Below are positions 9,680 through 20,346 of a stretch of 64,000 bases of DNA, piece by piece. Positions within the stretch are counted from its first letter, which is position 1. Each line of letters starts with the position of its first letter. The DNA comes from an uncultured virus (IMG/VR IMGVR_UViG_3300032050_009172) (Duplodnaviria; Heunggongvirae; Uroviricota; Caudoviricetes), in IMG/VR virus record IMGVR_UViG_3300032050_009172, one strand, 5' to 3'. The notes below the pieces were generated by a model that did no database searches, had not been told where the DNA came from, and saw only the letters and a list, made by a program, of their open reading frames with translations. Both the position numbers and the translations under genes were made by a program.

Positions 9680-11214
9680 CCCAAGACGACTTAACTGCCA
9701 AGCAATCGGACTACGCTGTGTTCCTTCCGGCCATCAGCGGGTTCTATGCCACGTTCATAGGCAAGCAAAGGAATGAACCATATGTGGATCCGGCGAGATT
9801 GCCTCAGGGCCTTAGTGACATGGAGCAACTTAATTGGCTTAACTCTACCAAAGCACTTTTCCCTTACCGTTGGTCCCTATACTCTGGAGGGCATGCAAAT
9901 CTCGATCTTGCTAAACAAGACTGGTCAGAAGACATGGTACGGAACAGAGAGCCTGGCACAATCATGCTGGGCGACTCTGGTGGTTTCCAGATTGCTAAAG
10001 GTGTGTGGGAAGGTGATTGGCGAGCCAACTCAGGTTGTGCCAAGGCTCAGGCCAAACGAGAACAAGCACTAGCCTGGTTAGATGGTATAGCAGACTATGC
10101 TATGACACTTGATATTCCAAGTTTTGTTATCAATGAAAAGAATGGATGGAAGTCTGGCATTAGCACTTTGGATGAGGCAGTCAAGGCAACACATTACAAC
10201 AACGAATACTTCATGAAACATCGCAAGGGTGTGGCAAACGGTGGTACCAAGTTCTTGAATGTGTTGCAAGGTGGTAACCATACTCATGCAGAAGAATGGT
10301 ATCAGATGATGAAGGATTATTGCGATCCACAAAAATATCCAGATACGCATTTCAATGGCTGGGCCATGGGCGGACAAAACATGTGTGATGTTCACTTGGT
10401 ACTCAAACGTATTGTGGCATTGCGCTATGACAATTTACTTCAAGAAGGTGTCCATGATTGGATGCACTTCTTGGGAACCTCCAAACTGGAGTGGGCTGTT
10501 TTATTAACTGTAATCCAAAGGGCCGTGAGAAAATATGTCAATCCAAACTTCACAATCTCGTTTGACTGCGCCAGTCCGTTCCTTGCAACAGCAAACGGAC
10601 AGGTCTACTTTGAAAATGTCTTTGAAAACAACTCAAAATGGTCGTATCGCATGGCTCCTACAGCCGACGACAAAAAGTACGCCACTGACACACGTGCCTG
10701 GGGTACAAGTATAGTTGCCGATGGAGTAGTACCACGTTGGGAAGATAGCCCCATAAGCAAACTTCTCAAGATGAAAGACATCTGTATCTACAAGCCAGGC
10801 GACCTAAATAAAAATGGTAAAGAAGGCAAGACATCGTGGGACAGTTTCTCATATGCTTTACTCATGGGCCATAATGTCTGGATGCACTTGACCGCAGTAC
10901 AAGAAGCCAATAGACGTTTTGATGCAGGAGAACATCCTGCCATGATGCGTCGTAGCACTGGTGACTATGCTTACTTTGAAGACATTGTGGAAGATATTTT
11001 CACTGCACCCACAAGAGAACAAGCCGAATCTATTGTTGAGAAATACAGTACATATTGGATGGAGATTGTGGGCACACGAGGCTTTAAGGGCAAGAAGACT
11101 GTGAATGCTACTACTCAATTCAATGCATTGTTTGAATATGAGGACAGTGAGTCGGAGCCCGACGAAGTAGATTTGGACAGTGACAAATTGGACAACCTGA
11201 GCACAGAAATATAA
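9676..11214 (+). CDS. dpdA: TGT-fold guanine transglycosylase, probably DNA-targeting DpdA
   Basis: DSGGFQ, LDIP, NVLQG, GWAMGG, HFLG, SFDCAS motifs; same region as folE/queD/queE. Confidence 0.75.
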   Translation: MTQDDLTAKQSDYAVFLPAISGFYATFIGKQRNEPYVDPARLPQGLSDMEQLNWLNSTKALFPYRWSLYSGGHANLDLAKQDWSEDMVRNREPGTIMLGDSGGFQIAKGVWEGDWRANSGCAKAQAKREQALAWLDGIADYAMTLDIPSFVINEKNGWKSGISTLDEAVKATHYNNEYFMKHRKGVANGGTKFLNVLQGGNHTHAEEWYQMMKDYCDPQKYPDTHFNGWAMGGQNMCDVHLVLKRIVALRYDNLLQEGVHDWMHFLGTSKLEWAVLLTVIQRAVRKYVNPNFTISFDCASPFLATANGQVYFENVFENNSKWSYRMAPTADDKKYATDTRAWGTSIVADGVVPRWEDSPISKLLKMKDICIYKPGDLNKNGKEGKTSWDSFSYALLMGHNVWMHLTAVQEANRRFDAGEHPAMMRRSTGDYAYFEDIVEDIFTAPTREQAESIVEKYSTYWMEIVGTRGFKGKKTVNATTQFNALFEYEDSESEPDEVDLDSDKLDNLSTEI

Positions 11215-11289
11215 TACTTTTATTTTAACAATTTGATTGACTCAAAATTGTTCTTGTGTTATAGTGTGTGCATTGTAACAACTTAGGAG

Positions 11290-12213
11290 TTGGTTTTGAA
11301 TATTCAGAAACTACTTGCACAAGATCCCAACAAAGCCGTTCTAAAGGCTATAACGGCCGGTGTAAGATTAGCATTTATGGCCGGCGACTTGCGAAAATTT
11401 GCTAATCATGTTAAAGCCCGCACAATCGAAGAACTCAAAGAATATTGCTATTACAAAAGATTTTTCAATGGTGGTTTTGCCGCAGGACCTGAATATAACC
11501 AGGCGAGCATTTCTGGTGACACTGTGCATTGGAGTAATGGCGGTATCAGAAAATTTCATTCAGATGTTATGGGATTACAACATGCTACCGGCAATAGCGG
11601 TACAGATCTAATCACTGGCAAGGCCATTGGAAGAATGCATGAGCTAGGGTTGGCCGGTTTATCAGGTGATAACTTTGCCAATGAATGGCATTGCGAGCAC
11701 ACATATCCTATTAAACAAATTGAAAAAGATTTAATTCGAGAAGTGATCGAAAACAGCAGGAGAGTCAGCCCTAAAGACATGGCTAGATATGCAATGAATC
11801 ATGCTTTAGCAACGACCGTTCATACGTCAGAAAGAACACACGGTGGTCCCACTACTAACGAAAATTTACGTCCGTTTGAAAAATATAACGACGGAGTGTT
11901 ACAGTATGTTGACGGAAGATTCATTGACGTAACCAATGCAACAATACAAGAAGTAACCTATAATAGATGGAATCGTAATTCTTACTACAAGGAATTTATT
12001 TGCTTGTTTGAAGATCTTCCTGATTCAAATTTTGAAGATGTTAGGGAAGAAACAAAGCAGAGTCTCTACAATATAACTCCTGGTTCGACAGAACGCAAGT
12101 TAATCGATTTGACTCCTGAAGCATTAGATGTATTGGCTCAAAATGATCCAATGGAAATTGCAACCAGATGGTGCCCTGATGCCTTCAAAGATCGTTGGAA
12201 AAAGAAGAAGTAA
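11290..12213 (+). CDS. hypothetical protein (possible HNH-like EHxxP motif)
   Basis: 307-aa ORF with TTG start after AGGAG and its own TTGACT..TATAGT promoter. Confidence 0.6.
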   Translation: MVLNIQKLLAQDPNKAVLKAITAGVRLAFMAGDLRKFANHVKARTIEELKEYCYYKRFFNGGFAAGPEYNQASISGDTVHWSNGGIRKFHSDVMGLQHATGNSGTDLITGKAIGRMHELGLAGLSGDNFANEWHCEHTYPIKQIEKDLIREVIENSRRVSPKDMARYAMNHALATTVHTSERTHGGPTTNENLRPFEKYNDGVLQYVDGRFIDVTNATIQEVTYNRWNRNSYYKEFICLFEDLPDSNFEDVREETKQSLYNITPGSTERKLIDLTPEALDVLAQNDPMEIATRWCPDAFKDRWKKKK

Positions 12214-12284
12214 CTCTTGCTTTCTCTCTCGTGATCCTGTATACTGTTAAATATGTATGCAGGATTTCTTTATAAGGCAACAAC

Positions 12285-13262
12285 ATGGCACAACTATTTG
12301 ATATCAACAACAAAAAACTAGTAACAAACCGCATAGGCAGGCAATATTGGATCTGGGACAATGACAAACTTTATGAACAGCGTATGGCAAGAGAAAACGG
12401 TCCATACCAGGCTCGCAATTTGGTAATGAATCGTCGCTTGCTACCTAATGCAAGAACTGTAATTGACATTGGTGGCAACATTGGCATGAACGCAATTGAA
12501 TATGCCACCTGGTGCCAACATGTAAAAACCTTTGAGCCCATGCAGTCTAGCATGGAACTAATGAAACTCAATGTAGACATTGCAAAAAATGCAAAACTTC
12601 AAGGTCGTTATTGGGATAGCAAACTGCAACAAGTAAGACATCAGCCGGATCGTCCAGATGGCTGGTTCAAGTTCCCCAATGGCACATTTGCCAGTCTTGA
12701 CTTGATAGGAGAGATTGAGTTTTTTGAATATGCATTAGGTAAAGTCGCTGGAATTATTACCATGGAACAAAAAACCAACGAGTGCAGTCGCGGTGATGCT
12801 GTGTTACTTGATGGCAAAACTACCAACAATCCCACACAGACTGCAGAGCAACGCACACTTGACAGTTTTGGGTTTGAAAATGTTGATCTTATTAAGATTG
12901 ATATTGAAGGTTCTGAACTGTTTGCATTAGAAGGTGCAACACAAACCATTGCTAAGTATCAACCCGTGGTTCAGGTCGAACTGCGAGATACACATTGTAA
13001 ACGATTTGGGTACACTTGCAATGATATTATCAATCTTATGATGGGGTTAGGTGATTATGTGATGTGTGATTTTAACGGCAATGACCTTGGTAAAAGTTAT
13101 ACCAAAGTATCTGGAGTTATGGATCGTTTCTTTGTGCCAAGATCAATTTTTGATGCTACTGAATTTAAAAATAAAAAGGTACACCCTGGCATGAAAAAAA
13201 CTAAGACAGACAAAAAAGCAAACAACAAACATTTATCTAACTTATTTGAGATTACATTATGA
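12285..13262 (+). CDS. FkbM family methyltransferase
   Basis: VIDIGGNIG, FEP, LIKIDIEGSE motifs. Confidence 0.85.
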   Translation: MAQLFDINNKKLVTNRIGRQYWIWDNDKLYEQRMARENGPYQARNLVMNRRLLPNARTVIDIGGNIGMNAIEYATWCQHVKTFEPMQSSMELMKLNVDIAKNAKLQGRYWDSKLQQVRHQPDRPDGWFKFPNGTFASLDLIGEIEFFEYALGKVAGIITMEQKTNECSRGDAVLLDGKTTNNPTQTAEQRTLDSFGFENVDLIKIDIEGSELFALEGATQTIAKYQPVVQVELRDTHCKRFGYTCNDIINLMMGLGDYVMCDFNGNDLGKSYTKVSGVMDRFFVPRSIFDATEFKNKKVHPGMKKTKTDKKANNKHLSNLFEITL

Positions 13263-13792
13263 ATAGACCCGGACACGAAGATACCAATTTCTTTGTAGGT
13301 ACAGAAGTTGAGGCCAGTCCTGTAGCCGGTCACCGTACATTGTTTGTGGTCGGACTGCAAGATGCAGATCAAATCATGTGGCAACTGGGTGAGTCAGACC
13401 ACAAGAGTAAAAATCCAATCACACACATCTACTTTGGCGCCAATCAAAGTTTTCCAAACCCCACTATGAACGATGCTGGAGTCTGGACTGCCTGGGAACA
13501 GATGATTCAACCGTGGCTGGATCGAGGATACTGGTGTACCTTGGATCTTGATTCAAGTGCTGTGGAAGGATTGTGCGAAGGTAGCTTGTGCGAACAAGCA
13601 CAATTTGTTCCTATGATTTCAGTGAAACTGCCTTATATTAAACTGCTAGGCTACAATGCCACTATCAAGCTAGACGACAAAGATTTCAAAGCAACCAACC
13701 CAGGAGTATGGTGTCACAGCCTGCATGACTTGCTGGATAGAAAAACATTTACCTCTTGGGACCAATACACAAAGGATGAAGTAATCAAATGA
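13259..13792 (+). CDS. hypothetical protein translationally coupled to the DpdL-like gene
   Basis: 177 aa, ATGA overlaps on both sides. Confidence 0.75.
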   Translation: MNRPGHEDTNFFVGTEVEASPVAGHRTLFVVGLQDADQIMWQLGESDHKSKNPITHIYFGANQSFPNPTMNDAGVWTAWEQMIQPWLDRGYWCTLDLDSSAVEGLCEGSLCEQAQFVPMISVKLPYIKLLGYNATIKLDDKDFKATNPGVWCHSLHDLLDRKTFTSWDQYTKDEVIK

Positions 13793-14232
13793 TACAAGAT
13801 GAACGTGAACAAATTGAAAGAATCAAATATGCCGCACAAAGAAGAATCTGGGTTACCTTCCAAAAAGAAGGCATCCACTTCTACCCCGCAGCCGCAACAG
13901 ATCCAGCCCTTAAGACGGGCGATGAGTATGATGTTAGTTTCCTTGGTACTCCTCACCGTCATATCTTCCACTTCCGGGTGTGGATTGATGTTGTACACAA
14001 TGATCGAGACATTGAATTCATCCAGTTCAAACGATGGCTACAAAAACTCTACGAGTCAGGAACCGTCCAACTCGACTACAAGTCATGTGAAATGATGTCA
14101 GACGATTTGTATTTGCAAATTGCCGCACGGTATCCAGAACGCTCAGTCTGGATTGAGGTCTCCGAAGATGGTGAAAACGGAGCTCTTATTAAGTATGAAA
14201 CTCACCGCCCTAGTATTAACATTGCTATCTAA
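13789..14232 (+). CDS. dpdL: QueD-paralogous T-fold protein, DpdL-like (putative CDG decarboxylase)
   Basis: LGTPHRHIF (LxxxHRHxF), DIEFI, SCE, EVSEDGENG; distinct from the queD at 22984. Confidence 0.6.
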   Translation: MIQDEREQIERIKYAAQRRIWVTFQKEGIHFYPAAATDPALKTGDEYDVSFLGTPHRHIFHFRVWIDVVHNDRDIEFIQFKRWLQKLYESGTVQLDYKSCEMMSDDLYLQIAARYPERSVWIEVSEDGENGALIKYETHRPSINIAI

Positions 14233-14243
14233 TAGGAAACAAA

Positions 14244-14471
14244 ATGGCAAAAATCGCTATTAAATCTAACCCACGTGTGGCCGAGCTCTTTGAGCATCTT
14301 GAGCACTTCCAGGAGTTCTGCCAAGACTACGGTTATCGTTACAACGAAGCCGATTTGTATAACTTTAAGAGTTATGCCTGGCAGCAGTTCAACAAGTTTT
14401 CACAAGGCAAGAATGCCAAGAACATGTGGGACGAAGACACTCGTCGCTTTGCCGGAGCATTTCGTAACTAA
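14244..14471 (+). CDS. hypothetical protein
   Basis: 75 aa, AGGA SD. Confidence 0.7.
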   Translation: MAKIAIKSNPRVAELFEHLEHFQEFCQDYGYRYNEADLYNFKSYAWQQFNKFSQGKNAKNMWDEDTRRFAGAFRN

Positions 14472-14478
14472 GTGGCTG

Positions 14479-15186
14479 ATGAAAAAATTTACATACACTG
14501 GACCAAGTTGGGCGGCATCTAGTTGGCCGCTGGATGTACCAACAACTAATCTTGCCAAGGAATGGGGGTTTGAGTTCTATGACCATGCTCAATCTGGAAC
14601 TAGTGTGTTGGGAAGTTATATTAGATTGGTACGATCGCCTAATGTACCTGTAATTTGGATCTATAATGAACCTATTTTGTGTTTACAAGATGCAACTAAG
14701 TTAACTTTCAAAGAATTTATTCAGCGTTCAGACTGGAAAGATATTTGGGAAGAATGCAATCAATTTTGTCTGAACAAAATCAACAGTTTAAATAAACCTG
14801 TGTTGTTAATTGGAGCACACAGTGACATTGTTAATTGCAATTATCCAAACATTACTATAGGACATCTTTCCTGGCAAAAATTTCTAGCAGACAAAGCCGG
14901 AATGACTATTAATAATGGGTCGGTTTGTGTTATACTAAACGATGGCACAGAATTTGATATGCATCATTGTTGGGGTGCTGAAGTTATACACAGGTTCATG
15001 CACGAAACCCCTAACATCGATCCAGAACCAAGTTTGGTAGACAGTGTGTGGGACACATTCTTTTTTTGGAAACAACTTGAAACACAAGATTTGTTCAACA
15101 ATGTTCATCCAAACTTCAAAGGCAATGTACTGTTTGCAGAACATTTAAAACCCACAGTGATAAAATTTTTACAGGAACATCAATGA
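14479..15186 (+). CDS. SGNH/GDSL-like hypothetical protein
   Basis: N-terminal TGPSWA and C-terminal HPN; start moved to ATG 14479. Confidence 0.55.
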   Translation: MKKFTYTGPSWAASSWPLDVPTTNLAKEWGFEFYDHAQSGTSVLGSYIRLVRSPNVPVIWIYNEPILCLQDATKLTFKEFIQRSDWKDIWEECNQFCLNKINSLNKPVLLIGAHSDIVNCNYPNITIGHLSWQKFLADKAGMTINNGSVCVILNDGTEFDMHHCWGAEVIHRFMHETPNIDPEPSLVDSVWDTFFFWKQLETQDLFNNVHPNFKGNVLFAEHLKPTVIKFLQEHQ

Positions 15187-16397
15187 GAAAACTATTTTAC
15201 ATGGGCTTGGAAAGTTATGAAGCCCGCTACACACTACAACTCACAGAGTGGAATCGACGTGTGTTTGACCGCAGAGGTCTTGATGTTGTGTATGTGCCTG
15301 GCACTACAATTGACAACACACAAGCTATCTCAGTAGGTCAAGTGTTAGACGCACACGGACGCAGTTTCTTTGCCATGAGCCAAATGATGAACTTGGTTCA
15401 GCTCATGAAGAACGGCGATGTTACCGGTGACGATGTGATCTACTTTGAAGACATGTTCCAGCCGGGCTTTGAAAGCCTTGGTTACATCATGAATCAGATT
15501 CCACAAGAACAATGTCCAAAGATTTATGTTCGTTGTTTGGCACAGGCCATTGATCCTGATGACTTTGTGCATGTGTGGGGTATGGCAAAGTGGATGAACT
15601 TGTATGAACAAATGGTCAATGAGATGGTGGCTTTCTCGGGGGGTGCAGTATTGGCTACCAATGAAGAAATGGTCGCGCACATGCGCATCGCTGGATGGAC
15701 TGCTCCAATCTACAACATTTCCGGTCTGGCATTTGGAAAATCAGAGGTTCTGGAAAGAATTGGCGGTACAGAGAATATCACGCCGTTTGCTGAAAGACCG
15801 AGACGAGTGGGTTTTGCAGCCCGTTTCGATCAGGAAAAACAACCTGGATTCTTCATGGACCTTATTGAGATGTATGGTGAGCTTACCTCCGAACCGTGTG
15901 AGTTTGCAATATACAGTGGCGGACCTCTCCGATCCAACAATCCAGACTATATTGAACGTGCCCTCCGTATGGAGGCAGAAGGCAAGCTCAAGATCTACGA
16001 CAATATAAGCAAGAATGAATACTATAGTCATCTCAACAATACTCGTGTGTTGTTTAATTGTGCTTTACAAGATTGGGTTTCAAACACCGTATCAGAGGCC
16101 GATACTGTTGGATGCAATGTGCTATATCCAGCGTATCGCAGTTTTCCTGAAACCTTCGCGAACGATCCCAATAGACTGTATATTCCCTGGAGCATAGATG
16201 ATGCTTATCACAAAATGCAAAACCTACTTCGCGAGCCGCACCACAACATGGGACTTATTTCAGATTGGAACAATGCCACTGTGGATCGCGTTATTGATAT
16301 TATTAGTGGTAGCGGTGAGCAATGGAATAGAGCGGGCAACCGCTATCGTGACCACGCTTCTCACGAAAAATATCAAGTTGTAAAGATTGAAAAATGA
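15183..16397 (+). CDS. GT-B fold glycosyltransferase (GT4-like)
   Basis: ARFDQEKQP, ALQDWVSNTVSEA, YRSFPE C-terminal GT-B motifs. Confidence 0.75.
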   Translation: MRKLFYMGLESYEARYTLQLTEWNRRVFDRRGLDVVYVPGTTIDNTQAISVGQVLDAHGRSFFAMSQMMNLVQLMKNGDVTGDDVIYFEDMFQPGFESLGYIMNQIPQEQCPKIYVRCLAQAIDPDDFVHVWGMAKWMNLYEQMVNEMVAFSGGAVLATNEEMVAHMRIAGWTAPIYNISGLAFGKSEVLERIGGTENITPFAERPRRVGFAARFDQEKQPGFFMDLIEMYGELTSEPCEFAIYSGGPLRSNNPDYIERALRMEAEGKLKIYDNISKNEYYSHLNNTRVLFNCALQDWVSNTVSEADTVGCNVLYPAYRSFPETFANDPNRLYIPWSIDDAYHKMQNLLREPHHNMGLISDWNNATVDRVIDIISGSGEQWNRAGNRYRDHASHEKYQVVKIEK

Positions 16398-17356
16398 TTG
16401 TAATTGTAACTGGATCAGCCGGGTACATTGGTGGTCAGACCATGCTGGCATTGAAAGATGCCGGGCATGAAGTATACGGCATTGATCGCAGACAGCCTCC
16501 TGAACATCTTAGAGGTGTGCCCGATGGATTCTTGTATCAGGACTTTGCAAGTGATGTAGCACTGAGTTGGATCATACAAAAGCAACCCAATGCTATCATT
16601 CATTGTGCTGGCACCAGCCTTGTGGGGCCTTCAGTACAGAACCCTTCAGAATACTACAACAACAATGTGGCCAAAACATTGAAGTTGTTGGATATTGTTA
16701 AACAAAGCATGCCTCGTTGTAGATTGGTGTTTTCAAGTTCAGCAGCCACATACGGTGAGCCCGTCATGAATCCCATACATGAAGTGGATCCCAACGAACC
16801 TGTTAGTCCTTATGGCGAATCTAAACTGATGATTGACATGATGCTGGAAAGCTATCACCGGGCATACGGTCTTGACTATGTTAGTTTTCGCTATTTCAAT
16901 GCATGTGGTGCAGACCCCAAAGGCAGGCATGGTCAAGAGCCTGGTGCCACACATATTATTGCTAGAGTGCTTGAAAGCATAAGGGATCAAAAAGATTTTG
17001 TGTTAAACGGAAACGATTTCCCCACTGAGGATGGTACATGTGTGCGTGATTACGTGCATGTGGATGATATTGCCCGGGCCCACGTTCTGGCGTTATATCA
17101 CAAAATCCCTGCGGGCGTTTACAATCTTGGCTCCAGCATGGGCACAAGCAATCACGGCATTATTGAAGCCGCACTTGATGAAACACAACAACCATTGAAT
17201 GTTGTTGTTGGCAAGCGTAGAGCCGGTGACCCTCCTGTACTTACTGCCAGTTCAGAAAAGTTTAATTTGATAGCAGGAGCATGGCGTCATTATGAGCTAG
17301 ATGACATGATTCAACACGCATGGAACTGGTATGTTCGACAAGATAAAAAAGTTTGA
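16394..17356 (+). CDS. galE: UDP-glucose 4-epimerase
   Basis: GSAGYIG, FSSSAATYG, YGESK, RYFNACGA, DGTCVRDYVHV. Confidence 0.93.
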   Translation: MIVIVTGSAGYIGGQTMLALKDAGHEVYGIDRRQPPEHLRGVPDGFLYQDFASDVALSWIIQKQPNAIIHCAGTSLVGPSVQNPSEYYNNNVAKTLKLLDIVKQSMPRCRLVFSSSAATYGEPVMNPIHEVDPNEPVSPYGESKLMIDMMLESYHRAYGLDYVSFRYFNACGADPKGRHGQEPGATHIIARVLESIRDQKDFVLNGNDFPTEDGTCVRDYVHVDDIARAHVLALYHKIPAGVYNLGSSMGTSNHGIIEAALDETQQPLNVVVGKRRAGDPPVLTASSEKFNLIAGAWRHYELDDMIQHAWNWYVRQDKKV

Positions 17357-17927
17357 AGAAGAACTAGCAGAGTTCACAGGAGCACCGTATGCAATCATGA
17401 CTGATTGCTGTACACATGCCATTGAACTTTGCTTGCGATATGATCGAGTACGAGCTTGTAAGTTTACACCTTACACTTATTTGAGCATTCCTATGACCAT
17501 GCACAAGTTAGGCATTCACTATGTCTATCACGATATTGACTGGCAGCATTGGGAAGGCGAGTATGAATTCACTTACACTAGAATTTGGGACTCAGCTCGC
17601 AGATTGGAACAGGATATGTATCGGCCAGGCACCATGCAGTGTTTGAGTTTTGGACATACAAAGCCATTGGCTATTGGGCATGGTGGTGCTATATTGTTGG
17701 ATGATAAAAAAGCATATGAAACCATATTGCGCCAACGCTATGATGGCAGAGACTTGACTGTGGCACCTTGGCAGGACCAAAAGACATTTCATGTGGGCTA
17801 TCACTACAAGCCCAGTATTGAAGATGCCATTCAAGGTGTGGCATTGCTACAAGGTGTCAAGGAACACAATCCTAAACCTGTGTATGTGCCATATCCTGAT
17901 CTAAGAAATATCAAGATTGTTGAATGA
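17331..17927 (+). CDS. short DegT/DnrJ-like PLP sugar aminotransferase
   Basis: FEEELAEF.GA.YA..TDCCT.A, DSA, SFGHTKPL..GHGG. Confidence 0.75.
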   Translation: MFDKIKKFEEELAEFTGAPYAIMTDCCTHAIELCLRYDRVRACKFTPYTYLSIPMTMHKLGIHYVYHDIDWQHWEGEYEFTYTRIWDSARRLEQDMYRPGTMQCLSFGHTKPLAIGHGGAILLDDKKAYETILRQRYDGRDLTVAPWQDQKTFHVGYHYKPSIEDAIQGVALLQGVKEHNPKPVYVPYPDLRNIKIVE

Positions 17928-18925
17928 AGTGGTTTAGTTTTTCAAGACGCAATCTTGTGCATTATGGTGCATTGCACATGGCACAATGGTATCTTGATAA
18001 CCCTGGTCCTAGAGTAGAACAAGATTTAGCAACCAGCGGAATGTCACGAGCCGACTTGCACGGCAAAAAACTCATAGTAGATTTTAGAGCCGAAGGCCAG
18101 TGTGACAAAGTGATCGGCAATCTAATTACGTATTTGCAAACACTACCAGTTGAAGATATCCTGGTGGTATTCAACGCTGTGGTTGACGTTGATGGCCTTT
18201 CGTACAAAGCACTGTCGCAACCTACTTTTCTAACAAATTTTGCCGGTTGGTTTGATCGTCTTGATGCGTCTGGTGCCGCTACTGGCATTGACACAAAGTT
18301 TTTGTGTTTGATTCGTAGGCCCAGTATAAGTCGTGCTAGACTTGCTGCTGGGTTGACGGACATCTCTAGTGTCAGACTCAGCTTTGGTAGCATGGGTGCC
18401 AATAACATTACCAACGAATACCGAGAAATTATACCAAGAGAATTGCCGCTGTTGTTGGATGGGATTGTGGAACGATCAACTGGGCTAGAACATGACCAAA
18501 CCAACAGCATGTTCAAAACCTGCATGTTCAATATTGTTGCAGAGTCTGGCAGTCAGTCTGATGTTGGCGTGTGGCGCAGTCATTTTATCAGTGAAAAAAC
18601 ATTCAAGGCATTTGGCTTGAGACAAATTCCAATTTGGTTTGCAGTTCCTGGTCTGGTTGCTGAAGTGCGTAAACTGGGGTTTGATGTGTTTGATGACATT
18701 GTCACACACAGTTATGACAACATCACAGATGAAGATCAGAGATTACATGCTGTGCTGAAAGAAATACACAGGCTAGATCAATTGACTGTGGGACAATGTT
18801 GTGAGTTAAAACAACAGTTGTCCACACGCATTGAAAACAACTATAATCTGTTGAGAGAATATGCACGAGACGTAGATGCTTGGTACAGCCGCGTGGAAAC
18901 AGAGTTTGATAAGAATGATTCATAG
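17924..18925 (+). CDS. hypothetical protein with GT10 (fucosyltransferase)-like C-terminal motif
   Basis: FNIVAES...ISEKTFK...IPI...GFDVFDD.V.HSYD; paralogous to the 33648 and 36795 genes. Confidence 0.55.
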   Translation: MKWFSFSRRNLVHYGALHMAQWYLDNPGPRVEQDLATSGMSRADLHGKKLIVDFRAEGQCDKVIGNLITYLQTLPVEDILVVFNAVVDVDGLSYKALSQPTFLTNFAGWFDRLDASGAATGIDTKFLCLIRRPSISRARLAAGLTDISSVRLSFGSMGANNITNEYREIIPRELPLLLDGIVERSTGLEHDQTNSMFKTCMFNIVAESGSQSDVGVWRSHFISEKTFKAFGLRQIPIWFAVPGLVAEVRKLGFDVFDDIVTHSYDNITDEDQRLHAVLKEIHRLDQLTVGQCCELKQQLSTRIENNYNLLREYARDVDAWYSRVETEFDKNDS

Positions 18926-19586
18926 ACTTGCTATTTTAGGAGACAGTTGGGCATATGGTGCAGAACTTGAGCCAGGCGAAAAATCATTTGGCCAGATCAT
19001 TGGTGACCGTTTGAATGTGACCAGTGTGGATAATGTTGCAGTACCTGGATCCAGCATTCCTCACACAGTGTTGCAACTCAAAGGCTTTTTAGACAAGTAC
19101 CGCACTGAAAGAGAAAATCCAGACAATAGGTACACTGTATTGGTGTTTTTGACTTCTCAACAACGTCACATGACCTGGCATGATCGGCTGGTACATTTGC
19201 AACCCAACGGAGTGGCTGTGCCCAATGCCAATCCCACAGAACACAATCTAAACGAATTGTATTACAAGTATTTTTCTAGCGATGCCGCACACGATTATGC
19301 TGTGAACACTGCTATCTTGACTGTGCAAGGAATTTGCAGAGAAGCCAGGGTAAATGCACTATTTGTTGCTGGCTGGCAAAAGATAAAATTTTGGTCTGAA
19401 GTAGACACTAGATACATGTATGAGAATGGCAAGGTAACTTGTGCTGACATACTGGGAGTGAAATTTACCAGTATGGAACGAGGACATGAATTGTTTAGCA
19501 GTAGTGGTGGCCATCCCAATCAACTGGGCCATCAAGTTATAGCAGATAGGTTAATTAGATGGGTCACAAATCAATTAATCTATTGA
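18915..19586 (+). CDS. SGNH/GDSL-like protein
   Basis: LGDSW, N.AVPGSS, GHPNQLGH. Confidence 0.7.
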   Translation: MIHRLAILGDSWAYGAELEPGEKSFGQIIGDRLNVTSVDNVAVPGSSIPHTVLQLKGFLDKYRTERENPDNRYTVLVFLTSQQRHMTWHDRLVHLQPNGVAVPNANPTEHNLNELYYKYFSSDAAHDYAVNTAILTVQGICREARVNALFVAGWQKIKFWSEVDTRYMYENGKVTCADILGVKFTSMERGHELFSSSGGHPNQLGHQVIADRLIRWVTNQLIY

Positions 19587-19653
19587 CAAGTCAATCTAAA
19601 TAGTTTACAATTAACACATAGACATCCACGTCTTATAACTCGGAGAATAACAA
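19583..19653 (+). promoter_or_regulatory. sigma70 promoter and compact structured leader of folE
   Basis: TTGACA(19583)-17-TACAAT; hairpin AGAC-ATCCAC-GTCT whose loop TCC can pair with the SD GGA. Confidence 0.5.
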
Positions 19654-20346
19654 TTGGAAAAAAATCTATCACAAGTCCTTCGCGAACGCATGAAGGCAGA
19701 CGGCAAGAGATTCTGGGCTGGTGACAACATCAGTGATTATGTTGCTGAGTCAGATCGTGAACATTTGATTATGGAGGCCACTCAAGCATTTGAACAAGTT
19801 CTCGATACACTACTAATTGACAGGGAAAATGATCCTAACTCACAAGGCACGGCGCAACGCCTTGCAAAAATGTACTTCAATGAAATTATGGCTGGTCGCT
19901 ATGAGACGAGCCCTAATGCTACGGCTTTCCCAAACGATACGGACGGAGCATACGAAGGTATGCTTGTGGTGCGTTCAGAGCTTAAGAGCATGTGTTCGCA
20001 TCATCACCAGCCTGTTACGGGTGTGGCTTATATTGGAATCATTGCTGGCCCCAAACTTATTGGTCTATCCAAGTATACCAGGATTGCGCAATGGTGTGCC
20101 CGTCGAGGCACTCTCCAAGAAGAGCTATGTATGGATATTGCTCGCGAAATTGAATTCGCGACCGGGTCCAAGGATGTTGCAGTTTATATACAAGCTACCC
20201 ATGGTTGTTGTGAGAATCGCGGTATCATGGCTCACTCTAGTCTCACCCAAACAACAGTTTTACACGGTGCGTTTAAATCAGACCAAAGTGTAAAAAAAGA
20301 ATTCTTTGACAACATCAAACTACAACAGGACTTTGCACCACGATGA
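19654..20346 (+). CDS. folE: GTP cyclohydrolase I
   Basis: SMCSHHHQP, GLSKY.R, LQEEL, HGCCENRG. Confidence 0.95.
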   Translation: MEKNLSQVLRERMKADGKRFWAGDNISDYVAESDREHLIMEATQAFEQVLDTLLIDRENDPNSQGTAQRLAKMYFNEIMAGRYETSPNATAFPNDTDGAYEGMLVVRSELKSMCSHHHQPVTGVAYIGIIAGPKLIGLSKYTRIAQWCARRGTLQEELCMDIAREIEFATGSKDVAVYIQATHGCCENRGIMAHSSLTQTTVLHGAFKSDQSVKKEFFDNIKLQQDFAPR

